Shown here one piece after another: positions 36,104-43,739 of a stretch of DNA of 64,000 nucleotides; position 1 is the stretch's first letter; each line of letters begins with the position of its first letter. A model generated the notes under the pieces. That model was given only the letters and a program-made list of their open reading frames with translations. It did not search any database and had not been told where the DNA came from. Source of the stretch: Acidimicrobiaceae bacterium (GTDB lineage: Bacteria; Actinomycetota; Acidimicrobiia; Acidimicrobiales; Bog-793). The DNA lies in assembly GCA_003140595.1 (NCBI GenBank), contig PLKG01000091.1, positions 3,647-67,646 on the forward strand. The letters are read 5' to 3'. The translations under genes were made by a program, and so were the position numbers.

Positions 36104-36787
36104 ATGTTGGGGCTCGTCACCCCGATGCCTTATCTCGGGGCGGTACTGCTCGCCGTGGCGCTCGGCGTTGCACTCTGTGTCGGCGCGAGGCTCAAGCCTG
36201 GACGATGGACTCTCGTCGCAGCTCGCCTGATTGCGCTAGTGCTCCTCGCCGACGCGATCAGCTTCGTCGTCACAGAGCTCTGGGCCGGGACCTGGTCGCC
36301 GAAGACGGACCTTCCCTTCGCACTCTGCGATATCGCGATCCTCGTAGCCGCGGCAGCGTGCTGGTGGCAAAGACCTCTTCTCGTCGAGCTCACGTACTTC
36401 TGGGGCTTGGCCGGTACCCTGCAGGCCGTCGTCACTCCTGACCTCAACGCCGGTTTTCCCCACCTGGTCTTCTTCCAGTACCTCCTCGGCCACCTCGGCA
36501 TTGTCCTCGCCGCCCTCTATCTCGTCATAGGGTTGCGGATCGCGCCTCGTCCCGGATCAGTGATGACCACCTTCGCCATCACACTCGCGTACACGGCTTT
36601 CGTCGGAGTGGTCGATGCACTCGTCGGGGCCAACTACATGTTCCTACGACGTCCTCCCGGCAACTGGACCCTGCTGCGAGTCCTTGGACCGTGGCCTTGG
36701 TACATCGCCAGCGCCGCAGGCGTCGCCCTCGCTCTCCTCGTCACACTCGATCTCCCGTTCTGGTTGGGTCGCCGGCGTCATGGTTGA
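36104..36787 (+). CDS. Integral membrane protein (YwaF/TIGR02206-like)
   Basis: ORF 36023..36787. ATG 36104 is preceded by GAGAGGAGG. About 7 hydrophobic segments. Block HLVFFQYLLGHLGIVLAALYLV. The family call is tentative. Confidence 0.6.
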   Translation: MLGLVTPMPYLGAVLLAVALGVALCVGARLKPGRWTLVAARLIALVLLADAISFVVTELWAGTWSPKTDLPFALCDIAILVAAAACWWQRPLLVELTYFWGLAGTLQAVVTPDLNAGFPHLVFFQYLLGHLGIVLAALYLVIGLRIAPRPGSVMTTFAITLAYTAFVGVVDALVGANYMFLRRPPGNWTLLRVLGPWPWYIASAAGVALALLVTLDLPFWLGRRRHG

Positions 36788-38051
36788 CAGCGCGAAGTCC
36801 GATCTGCGGCTTCACCTTCACGGCTGGCGCGAGCCGGCCGTGGTGGGTGCGGCGTTGCTGGCCGCGGCGGCTGGTTTCGGGCAGTTCGGAGCCGTCGCGG
36901 CGTTGGGCGATGTCGCGAAGCACTTCGGCCACATCACCCACGGTGCGACAATCGCCGAGCAGGCGGGCCTGTCTGGGACCAAGCTCGGGATCGGTCTGGC
37001 CGTCATCCGACTCGCGTCCTTGGGCGGTCTTCCCCTCGCCGGGCTGGCCGACCGGTTCGGGCGACGCCGGATGCTGCTTGTGACGTGTGCTCTCGGGCTG
37101 ACGCTGACAGCAGTGTCCGCGATCTCACCCACCTACTGGTGGTTCGTGGCCATCTTCGCCCTCGGACGGCCGCTTCTCAGCGCCACGTCCGGAGTGGCGC
37201 AGGTCACCGCCGCCGAGCAGACGGCGTCAGCCCAACGGGCCAAGGCGGTTGCGCTCATTGCCGCCGGATATGGGATCGGGTCCGGCCTGATCGCGATCGT
37301 GCACAGCCTCGCAGCCGGCACCCTCGGCTTTCGCGGCATAGTGCTGCTGGCGCTGCTCCCTCTCGTCGCGCTGCCTTTCATCGCGCGATGGGTCGTCGAG
37401 CCGGACCGCTTCAAGATCGCGTCAGCCGCGACGCAACATCCACTGCCCGTGCTCGGAGCCGTTGGCCCACTCTTCCGGCGCAGGCTGGTGATCGTCGCCG
37501 CGCTGACATTCGCCTTGTCGGTCGTGACCGGGCCTGCCAACAGTTTCTTCTTCCTCTACGCGCAAAACGTCCTGCACTTTTCCGGGACGACGACCGCACT
37601 TCTCATCGCGGCCGCCGGCGTCACCGGGCTCGCCGGGCTGTTGGTCGGCCGCTTCCTCGCCGACCGGGTGGGACGCCGACTCACCGCGTCTGGCGCGATG
37701 GTCGCCATGGCCCTGCTCGGCATGCTGACCTACAGCGGGTCGCGAGCAGGGGCGGCCGTCGGCTATCTGCTTGCCGTGCTCGCCGCGGCGACCTTTGCTC
37801 CGGCCGCCGGAGCGCTCACCAACGAGCTGTTCCCGACCTCTGTCCGGGCTTCTGTGATCGGGTGGGAAATTGCCGTCGGTGTCTTCGGGGCCACTGCGGG
37901 ACTTCTCGCATTCGGAGCGGTAGCCGACGTCGGCAACCGGTTCGGTCTCGCCGCAATTGTTGTGTTCGCTGCCACGATTCCGGCCACCGGCCTTTTCGTG
38001 CTGTTGCCCGAGACGCGTGACAAGGAGCCCGAAGACCTCTGGCGGGAATGA
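36780..38051 (+). CDS. MFS transporter
   Basis: ORF 36615..38051. ATG 36780 overlaps the previous stop by 8 nt. 12 hydrophobic segments. Loop 2-3 motif GLADRFGRRRML. Confidence 0.8.
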   Translation: MVDSAKSDLRLHLHGWREPAVVGAALLAAAAGFGQFGAVAALGDVAKHFGHITHGATIAEQAGLSGTKLGIGLAVIRLASLGGLPLAGLADRFGRRRMLLVTCALGLTLTAVSAISPTYWWFVAIFALGRPLLSATSGVAQVTAAEQTASAQRAKAVALIAAGYGIGSGLIAIVHSLAAGTLGFRGIVLLALLPLVALPFIARWVVEPDRFKIASAATQHPLPVLGAVGPLFRRRLVIVAALTFALSVVTGPANSFFFLYAQNVLHFSGTTTALLIAAAGVTGLAGLLVGRFLADRVGRRLTASGAMVAMALLGMLTYSGSRAGAAVGYLLAVLAAATFAPAAGALTNELFPTSVRASVIGWEIAVGVFGATAGLLAFGAVADVGNRFGLAAIVVFAATIPATGLFVLLPETRDKEPEDLWRE

Positions 38052-38097
38052 GACCGCGGCATGGCCAAACGACCTCGCGGCGATGGTCACTCGTTAC

Positions 38098-38283
38098 TCA
38101 ACGCGCGAATACGTGCCAGCCGAGCCAGACCCATCCCACTACGAGGACGGCCCGACCCACAAGGTGTCCCCGAGCGCGATTGACGATCTGCGCCGCTGTG
38201 GGCCAACCGCGCCCGAGCCTTCGACTCGCCACTTCGCATATGCCGAGCGCGCCAGCGGCAACCAGCCATAGGACAACGTTCAT
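38098..38283 (-). CDS. Small (61 aa) two-TM membrane protein
   Basis: MNVVLWLVAAGALGICEVASRRLGRGWPTAAQIVNRARGHLVGRAVLVVGWVWLGWHVFAR. Its ATG overlaps the stop of 38280..38768 as ATGA. Its pattern repeats the C-terminal half of the upstream protein. Confidence 0.5.
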   Translation of the reverse strand: MNVVLWLVAAGALGICEVASRRLGRGWPTAAQIVNRARGHLVGRAVLVVGWVWLGWHVFAR

Positions 38284-38768
38284 CGGCTTGGAAACGGACG
38301 CGACGAGACGATCAGGCCGCACGCGGCCCAGCAGACGAAGGCCGCGGCGCGGGCGACTCGGTGACCAGGTCCGAGCACCTCGTTCACAAGGGAGCTCAGT
38401 GTCGGATAGGTGCTTCTCGGAACATGGAAGAGCTCCCACAGTTCCACTGCCACGAAAAGCAGAACCGCGAGCAACCACGCGACCACGCCGCGCTCGACAA
38501 GCGAGGTATCCGCGCTCGCGTCGGCTGAAGGAGGGACGGGAGCGCCATCACGTCGGCGACCGAGGTTCGGCCCGCGCACGCGCAAGTCGAATGCCTGGCT
38601 GTGGGCGTGCCCCGCGACGGCGCTAACGGCGAGCATCGCCGCGGCCACAGAGAATGTGAAGGCGCTCGACTCGACGCCGAAAGGAGCCATCCCGGCGACA
38701 AACCATCCACAGGCGGCAAGCGAAATGAAAAGAGCCCCCGAGACGACCGCCGATCTCGGCGGGTTCAA
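38280..38768 (-). CDS. Hypothetical membrane protein (4 hydrophobic segments)
   Basis: 162 aa, hydrophobic N-terminus. C-terminal unit VVAWLLAVLLFVAVELWELFHVPRSTYPTLSSLVNEVLGPGHRVARAAAFVCWAACGL. No family recognised with confidence. Confidence 0.55.
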   Translation of the reverse strand: MNPPRSAVVSGALFISLAACGWFVAGMAPFGVESSAFTFSVAAAMLAVSAVAGHAHSQAFDLRVRGPNLGRRRDGAPVPPSADASADTSLVERGVVAWLLAVLLFVAVELWELFHVPRSTYPTLSSLVNEVLGPGHRVARAAAFVCWAACGLIVSSRPFPSR

Positions 38769-39085
38769 GATACTCGTGCTCGCCTGTTCGCGGCTCGGTA
38801 GTGGCCGTCACTCCCCTTCATGTACGCGATCGCCCACAATGGTCTCGACAAGAAGCCTCCCGGTCCAAAGGCACGCCTCCTCCATCCCGAGGCATCGCCA
38901 CCACCGCTGAAAGATGACCACAACTCGGACCAACCGTCGCGAACAGTCTAAAGAGCCGTCGAAGCCACGGTAAGGCGAGATTGCCACCGCTTCGAGAGGG
39001 CTGAGCTCGGCGAGCCGGCGAAGCAGCCTCCGTGTCGCCCGCGGTCGTGAAGTTCAACAAGACGGCCGCCTTGGGGGAGGATCCG

Positions 39086-39416
39086 ATGAGAGAGCAGTAC
39101 CTGCCTGAGATCTACTCGCGTTTTCGGGAGCGATTCCCCGAGTTGAGCGGGACCTAGGCGCTCTCGCTCGGTCCGAGAACGCGCGTCCACTGGACGAACG
39201 TACGAGGCGCCTCGTCAAACTGGGCATCGCCTTCGGGGCGATGTCCGAAGGAGCCGTTCGGTCGAACGTGCGGCGGGCGCTGCAAGCCGGGGCGACACCC
39301 CGACGAGATCGGCACGTCGTCGCCCCCACGGTGACCACGCGGGGCTTCCCGGCCGCTTGTTGGGCCGTACCTGGATCGAGGAGGTGCTTGCCGCTGACGG
39401 CGCCCGTGACGGCTGA
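39086..39416 (+). pseudogene. Carboxymuconolactone decarboxylase (AhpD-like/CMD) family gene with frame disruptions
   Basis: GGGGGAGG SD then ATG 39086: MREQYLPEIYSRFRERFPELSGT*. Homology continues in a second frame (PLDERTRRLVKLGIAFGAMSEGAVRSNVRRALQAGATP...GFPAA). The natural C-terminus (LLGRTWIEEVLAADGARDG*) is in a third frame, ending at 39416. Confidence 0.55.
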
Positions 39417-39465
39417 CACTGAGGCGGCGGCCAGCGTTGTGGTCAGGGCCGCAAACCCAGACGCC

Positions 39466-41034
39466 CTATGTGGCCAGCCGTCGGCTCGCCGTGACAGTCC
39501 GCCCGCCAAGACGGCAGTCGGCGCAGACGCTGATGGTGCCCGCTGTCAAGGCCGAGGGCGATCCACCGAGACGGAGACGCAGCGCCTTTTGCGATAGCAC
39601 GGCAACGAGCGGGGCTCCACAGGTGGCGCACTCGACAGCCGATCCTGTCGCCACGATCCGACGTCCCCCCGCCAGGAGAGCTCCGTCGACCGCCCTCGTC
39701 ACAGTGACCACCTTCTCGGGGCAGGAGGCCACACACGCCCCGCAAGCAGTGCAGCTACCGGAGTCGATGCTGAGGCACAACCCGGCGCTGTTCGGTTCGG
39801 ACCGCAGGGCACCTGTCACGCACACGCCGACGCAGACCTCGCAAAGCGAGCAGCCACCTGCGTCGATGCTGACGACTCCGAGCGAACAGCCGGGACCCTC
39901 TACCCGCCATGGGTCCCGACCTGGTCCGAGAGCTCCGAAAGCCGCCAGAGGCTCGTTGGTCGCCTCGGGTTCCCGCAGCTCGATCCGGTCGCCCGAAGCG
40001 GCGAAGTCCGCCACAGCCGGCTCGGCGATCGGATACACCCCGTCTCGGTCCGTAGCCTCGAGCTCCTGCGCTGCTGAGAACCCGAGCACCACGGAGAGGT
40101 CGCGTACGAAGTGCTCGAGCTCGGCGACACGCTTTTCACAGTGCTCGTCCTCACAGGCGACGACCCTGACGCCCACTCCGGCACGGATCAGCTGGAGGAG
40201 CCACCCGGCCGTCACCATCTCGATCGAAGGCACACAAAGTGCGAGCCACGGCTCGCCTACTCGGGGCGTCCACTTCGAATGCTGACAGACGATCGCGACG
40301 CCGGTGACGGACCTGCACCGCCGCATCGAGGCGACGAGAACCGCCGCCGCGGCACTGATCCCTTCGATCTCGGCACCGGGAAGAGCGAAGGCGCCGCTCC
40401 GGCAGGCAGCGACGCACACACCGCACCCGTTGCAGCGACCGGGGTCGACAACCATACGACCGGCCGAGCGATGTAATGCCCCGTGTGGGCAGGCCAATGC
40501 GCACGGTGTGCACGCCATTGCACCCGAGCAGCGGTCCGGTCGCCAGACGGCGAGGAAACGGCGCGCCGTGTTGACTCCACGCAACAGAGACCGGCGGGAC
40601 ACCCCTCCTACCGACAGGCTGGTCCGCTCCCTCACAGGCACCTCGACGTCGGCACCTGCGACTCGTGCCACCGCCGCACTCAAGAGCGCGACAGACTGCT
40701 CGAGCGCGACCGGTGCGCTGCAGCCTTCCGCGGTCTGCAAGTCGACGAGCGCGATCCCACCGGTTGGTACACCAGCTCGCCGCAAGCGCGCGAGCAACTC
40801 CCCCCGACGGTGAGAGGCTGCCCGGCAACCGACGACTACGCGCCTGGACTCGGTCGTCGCAACCGCCTCAACCAAGGCCTCCGACGCACCGCAGATCTCT
40901 GCAAGCACCAGCGGAGCAGTCGCTCCGGACAGCTCGCGACGCAATCGGGCAACAAGCTCGCCCGGGCGAATCGGTACCGGCTCGGTGCCGACGTCACCGC
41001 ATATGACTACGACCGGCGCCTCCCGCTGTCGCAT
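39466..41034 (-). CDS. Cytoplasmic polyferredoxin-like Fe-S protein (4 ferredoxin-type Cys groups, two MvhD/FlpD-like modules, C-terminal CxxC...CxxC ribbon)
   Basis: ORF 39466..41403. ATG 41034 overlaps the TorD-like stop (TGATG). Cys groups: CTPCALACP, CNGCGVCVAAC, CSLCEVCVGVC, CTACGACVASCP, ECATCG...VCADCR. No signal peptide or TM segment. Confidence 0.75.
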   Translation of the reverse strand: MRQREAPVVVICGDVGTEPVPIRPGELVARLRRELSGATAPLVLAEICGASEALVEAVATTESRRVVVGCRAASHRRGELLARLRRAGVPTGGIALVDLQTAEGCSAPVALEQSVALLSAAVARVAGADVEVPVRERTSLSVGGVSRRSLLRGVNTARRFLAVWRPDRCSGAMACTPCALACPHGALHRSAGRMVVDPGRCNGCGVCVAACRSGAFALPGAEIEGISAAAAVLVASMRRCRSVTGVAIVCQHSKWTPRVGEPWLALCVPSIEMVTAGWLLQLIRAGVGVRVVACEDEHCEKRVAELEHFVRDLSVVLGFSAAQELEATDRDGVYPIAEPAVADFAASGDRIELREPEATNEPLAAFGALGPGRDPWRVEGPGCSLGVVSIDAGGCSLCEVCVGVCVTGALRSEPNSAGLCLSIDSGSCTACGACVASCPEKVVTVTRAVDGALLAGGRRIVATGSAVECATCGAPLVAVLSQKALRLRLGGSPSALTAGTISVCADCRLGGRTVTASRRLAT

Positions 41035-41726
41035 CAGCCCGCAGGGGCAACAGCGAAATAGCCCTTGATTGCCGCTATCCAGTCGAGCGTGAGAACAGCG
41101 AGGTCGCGGTAGAAATCGCCTTCGGCCTCGTGGGCGACGGCCCGGCACAGCCTTGGCAGCCACTGCGCGAGATGCTTGTCGAACAGCCGGCGGGCCATCG
41201 GCTCTGTCTCGTCGAAGGACAACGCGTAGGCCATGGCCTCGAGTTCGATGGCGATGTGGTCGGGCAACTCTCCTGACAGCGACGACACCTGGAGGCCCAG
41301 CTCCAGGTAGATCTCCTTGAGTTCCGCGGTGCACGGCCCCATGAGGGTCCGGCGGATGTCGACGGGGACGTCCTCCCGCCAGAACGACTCGTAAGGAGGG
41401 CATGGCACCTGACCGGGACCTACGAACAGGCGCTCGTACTCCTCGAGCAGGACGGGCACGTCCTCGAGGCCCGGCACTCTGATGGCCTCGCGCAAGAGGT
41501 TCGACGAGATGCGGACATCGGTCTCGGCTTCGAGCTCGCGGGCCTCCACCCAGGTGCCGACCTCGTCGCTCAGTGGCCGGCTCCAGTAATGGGCGAGCAG
41601 GTCGACGGCCGCGATGATCGTCTCAGGCCCTGTCTCGTCTGCACCCGACCGGGCTTCAGGCGCCGGCGTCGGAGCGACCGTCCCGCGATGGTTGCCGGCG
41701 CCGTTCGAGGTGGGCATCTCGGTCAT
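41034..41726 (-). CDS. TorD/DmsD-family redox-enzyme maturation chaperone
   Basis: EEYERLFVGPGQVPCPPYESFW and LPDHIAIELEAMAYAL blocks. TAATG overlap with the NrfD-like gene. Confidence 0.8.
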   Translation of the reverse strand: MTEMPTSNGAGNHRGTVAPTPAPEARSGADETGPETIIAAVDLLAHYWSRPLSDEVGTWVEARELEAETDVRISSNLLREAIRVPGLEDVPVLLEEYERLFVGPGQVPCPPYESFWREDVPVDIRRTLMGPCTAELKEIYLELGLQVSSLSGELPDHIAIELEAMAYALSFDETEPMARRLFDKHLAQWLPRLCRAVAHEAEGDFYRDLAVLTLDWIAAIKGYFAVAPAG

Positions 41727-42991
41727 TACGAGCTTGCCTTGGTTTCTGCAGGCATCCGAGCGTGACGGTGACCTGCGGCCGGCGACGGCTCCATGACGTG
41801 GAGAGCTCTATAGCCGATCGTGATCAACGCCGCGAACAACGCCACAAGGCCGATCACGATGCCGAGTTCCACCCAGGTCGGGTGATACCGACCGATGAGC
41901 TGGAACGAGGACGTCTGCACGTTGTAGGTGCCGACGGCGTTTCCCGGTGGGAACTGGGTGAGCGGGTTGACGAAGCCGAGGACGACGAGCTCGATCCGGA
42001 ACGCGTAGACCCCGACGATGACGAGGAACGCCGCCAACCCAAGCGCGCCGGGCATCTTCTTTAGACGCGGGACGAGCAGGAAGGCGAGGGGGATCACGCC
42101 TCCGACGATCCACTCGATCCAGAACAACCAGGCCCAGGGTCCGCCAGGGAGAACCAGGTTGAGTGCCGAGCGGTCGGCCGGGACATTGCCCCACAGCACT
42201 GTTATGTAGTCGGCGCCGACAAAGAACAAGTCGACGAACAGGCTTATGACGATGAATCCCCGCAACCACTTGCGCGTCTCCTGCGAGAGCTCGACCTTGC
42301 CGAAGCGTTGTGCACACAGGGCGAGCAGGGTCACGAGCGCAGTGCCGGACAGCACCGCCGAGACCACGAAGAGCGGAGCCATAAGCGATGTGTTCCACCA
42401 GCTGCGGGCGATCTGGAGACCGAAGATCCACGCAGTCACCGAGTGGAGCAGGATGGCCGTCGGGAGCCCCACATAGGCCATCACGCGGGCGACAGTCTTC
42501 CAACGGCTCGGCTCAGCGGCGTGGCGTTGCAGCACGTAGAGGTCGACGATCGAGAAGACGAAGTAGACCGTGATGATCAAGATGTCCCAGATGAGCGGGG
42601 ACGTCCAGTTCGGGTGGATGAAGATGTTCCCCACCCGGAAGGGCTGACCGAGGTCCGGGATGATCATGAGCGCCGCCACAGCTACACACGCGGCAGCCGA
42701 CAGCACGCCGAGGCGCGACAACGGCTTCAGCGCCTTGATGCCGAACACCTCGGCGCTCGAGGCCATGATCAGGCCACCGGCCGACAGGCCGATGAAGAAC
42801 GCGAACGTGAAGATGTACATGCCCCACGAGACGACGTCGCGCATGCCGGTTGCAGCCAGGCCATAGCGGAGCTCGTCGATCCACGCTGCCAGGCCCCATG
42901 CCATGAGGACAACGAGTGCCGCGTACCAGGCCCAAATCGGTCGGTAGCTGCGAGTCGCGCGAACGGGGATGGCTGCGGTTGTTGTGGCCAT
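41726..42991 (-). CDS. NrfD/PsrC-family polytopic membrane (quinol-interacting) subunit
   Basis: ORF 41726..43090. ATG 42991 is preceded by GAGGAGG and a 10-nt gap after the Fe-S subunit stop. About 10 hydrophobic segments. N-terminal block WGMYIFTFAFFIGLSAGG. Confidence 0.8.
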   Translation of the reverse strand: MATTTAAIPVRATRSYRPIWAWYAALVVLMAWGLAAWIDELRYGLAATGMRDVVSWGMYIFTFAFFIGLSAGGLIMASSAEVFGIKALKPLSRLGVLSAAACVAVAALMIIPDLGQPFRVGNIFIHPNWTSPLIWDILIITVYFVFSIVDLYVLQRHAAEPSRWKTVARVMAYVGLPTAILLHSVTAWIFGLQIARSWWNTSLMAPLFVVSAVLSGTALVTLLALCAQRFGKVELSQETRKWLRGFIVISLFVDLFFVGADYITVLWGNVPADRSALNLVLPGGPWAWLFWIEWIVGGVIPLAFLLVPRLKKMPGALGLAAFLVIVGVYAFRIELVVLGFVNPLTQFPPGNAVGTYNVQTSSFQLIGRYHPTWVELGIVIGLVALFAALITIGYRALHVMEPSPAAGHRHARMPAETKASS

Positions 42992-43001
42992 GGTCGCCTC
43001 C

Positions 43002-43739
43002 TCAGCTCTCGCCCGGAACGCGCCTCGCGACCGGGAGGTAGTAGACGTTCGGGTCTGTGCCGAGCTCGGGGTGGAGCTGCTCACCACCACCGTTGTTGAC
43101 GAGCTTGCTGACCTGGGAGTCGGGGTCGTTCAGGTCACCGAAGATCCGCGCTCCGAGCGGGCAAGCCTCTACGCAGAACGGCAATTCGCCGACGTCGATC
43201 CGCTCGACGCAGAAGGTGCACTTCTCGACAACGCCCTTCGGGCGCTCGGGCGTGAACACGAGACGGTCCTCGGTCGAGTACTCCTTGCCGTAACCGACCA
43301 CACCGCCGGGGGCATAGTTCGAGTCGCCCCAGTTGAAGATGCGCACGCCGTACGGGCAGGCCGCCATGCAGTAACGGCAACCGATGCAGCGGTTGTAGTC
43401 GATCAGCACAGTTCCGTCGTCCCGGCGGAACGTCGCTTGCACAGGGCATACCTTCACGCACGGGGCGTCGTTACATTGTTGGCAGGCGACCGGCAGGTAC
43501 GCGAGCTCGCAATCGGGGTACGTGCCCCACGGCACGTCCATGTTGTTGCTCGCGGGCGCCTTTGCGGTCGTCGACTGATTGGGAGCGGTCGTGAGCACCC
43601 GGTTCCAGAAGTAGCCGAGCGGCTCGTTGTTGACCTGTTTGCAGGCGATCGCACAGCTCCAGCAGCCGACGCAGCGGTTCGTGTCGATGACCATGACGTG
43701 GTGCGGAATGGAGGTCTTCTTGGCAGCCATGACGATCAC
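43002..43739 (-). CDS. 4Fe-4S ferredoxin-type electron-transfer subunit (DmsB/PsrB/NrfC-like)
   Basis: CVGCWSCAIACK, CQQCNDAPCVKVCP, CIGCRYCMAACP, CTFC...CVEACP. 4-nt overlap with the catalytic subunit gene. Confidence 0.88.
   Translation of the reverse strand: MIVMAAKKTSIPHHVMVIDTNRCVGCWSCAIACKQVNNEPLGYFWNRVLTTAPNQSTTAKAPASNNMDVPWGTYPDCELAYLPVACQQCNDAPCVKVCPVQATFRRDDGTVLIDYNRCIGCRYCMAACPYGVRIFNWGDSNYAPGGVVGYGKEYSTEDRLVFTPERPKGVVEKCTFCVERIDVGELPFCVEACPLGARIFGDLNDPDSQVSKLVNNGGGEQLHPELGTDPNVYYLPVARRVPGES

Noticed and set aside
38818-39060. 80-aa minus-strand ORF, plus an alternative frame reading RRLLRRLAELSPLEAV..., in the gap between 38768 and 39086
   Set aside because: There is no start-codon/SD combination and no recognisable family. 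The composition is odd (Trp/Cys/Arg-rich). It is left as intergenic.
39466-41403. Full 645-aa reading of the polyferredoxin ORF
   Set aside because: The first ~120 codons overlap the TorD-like gene in another frame. ATG 41034 at the TGATG junction gives a coherent protein.
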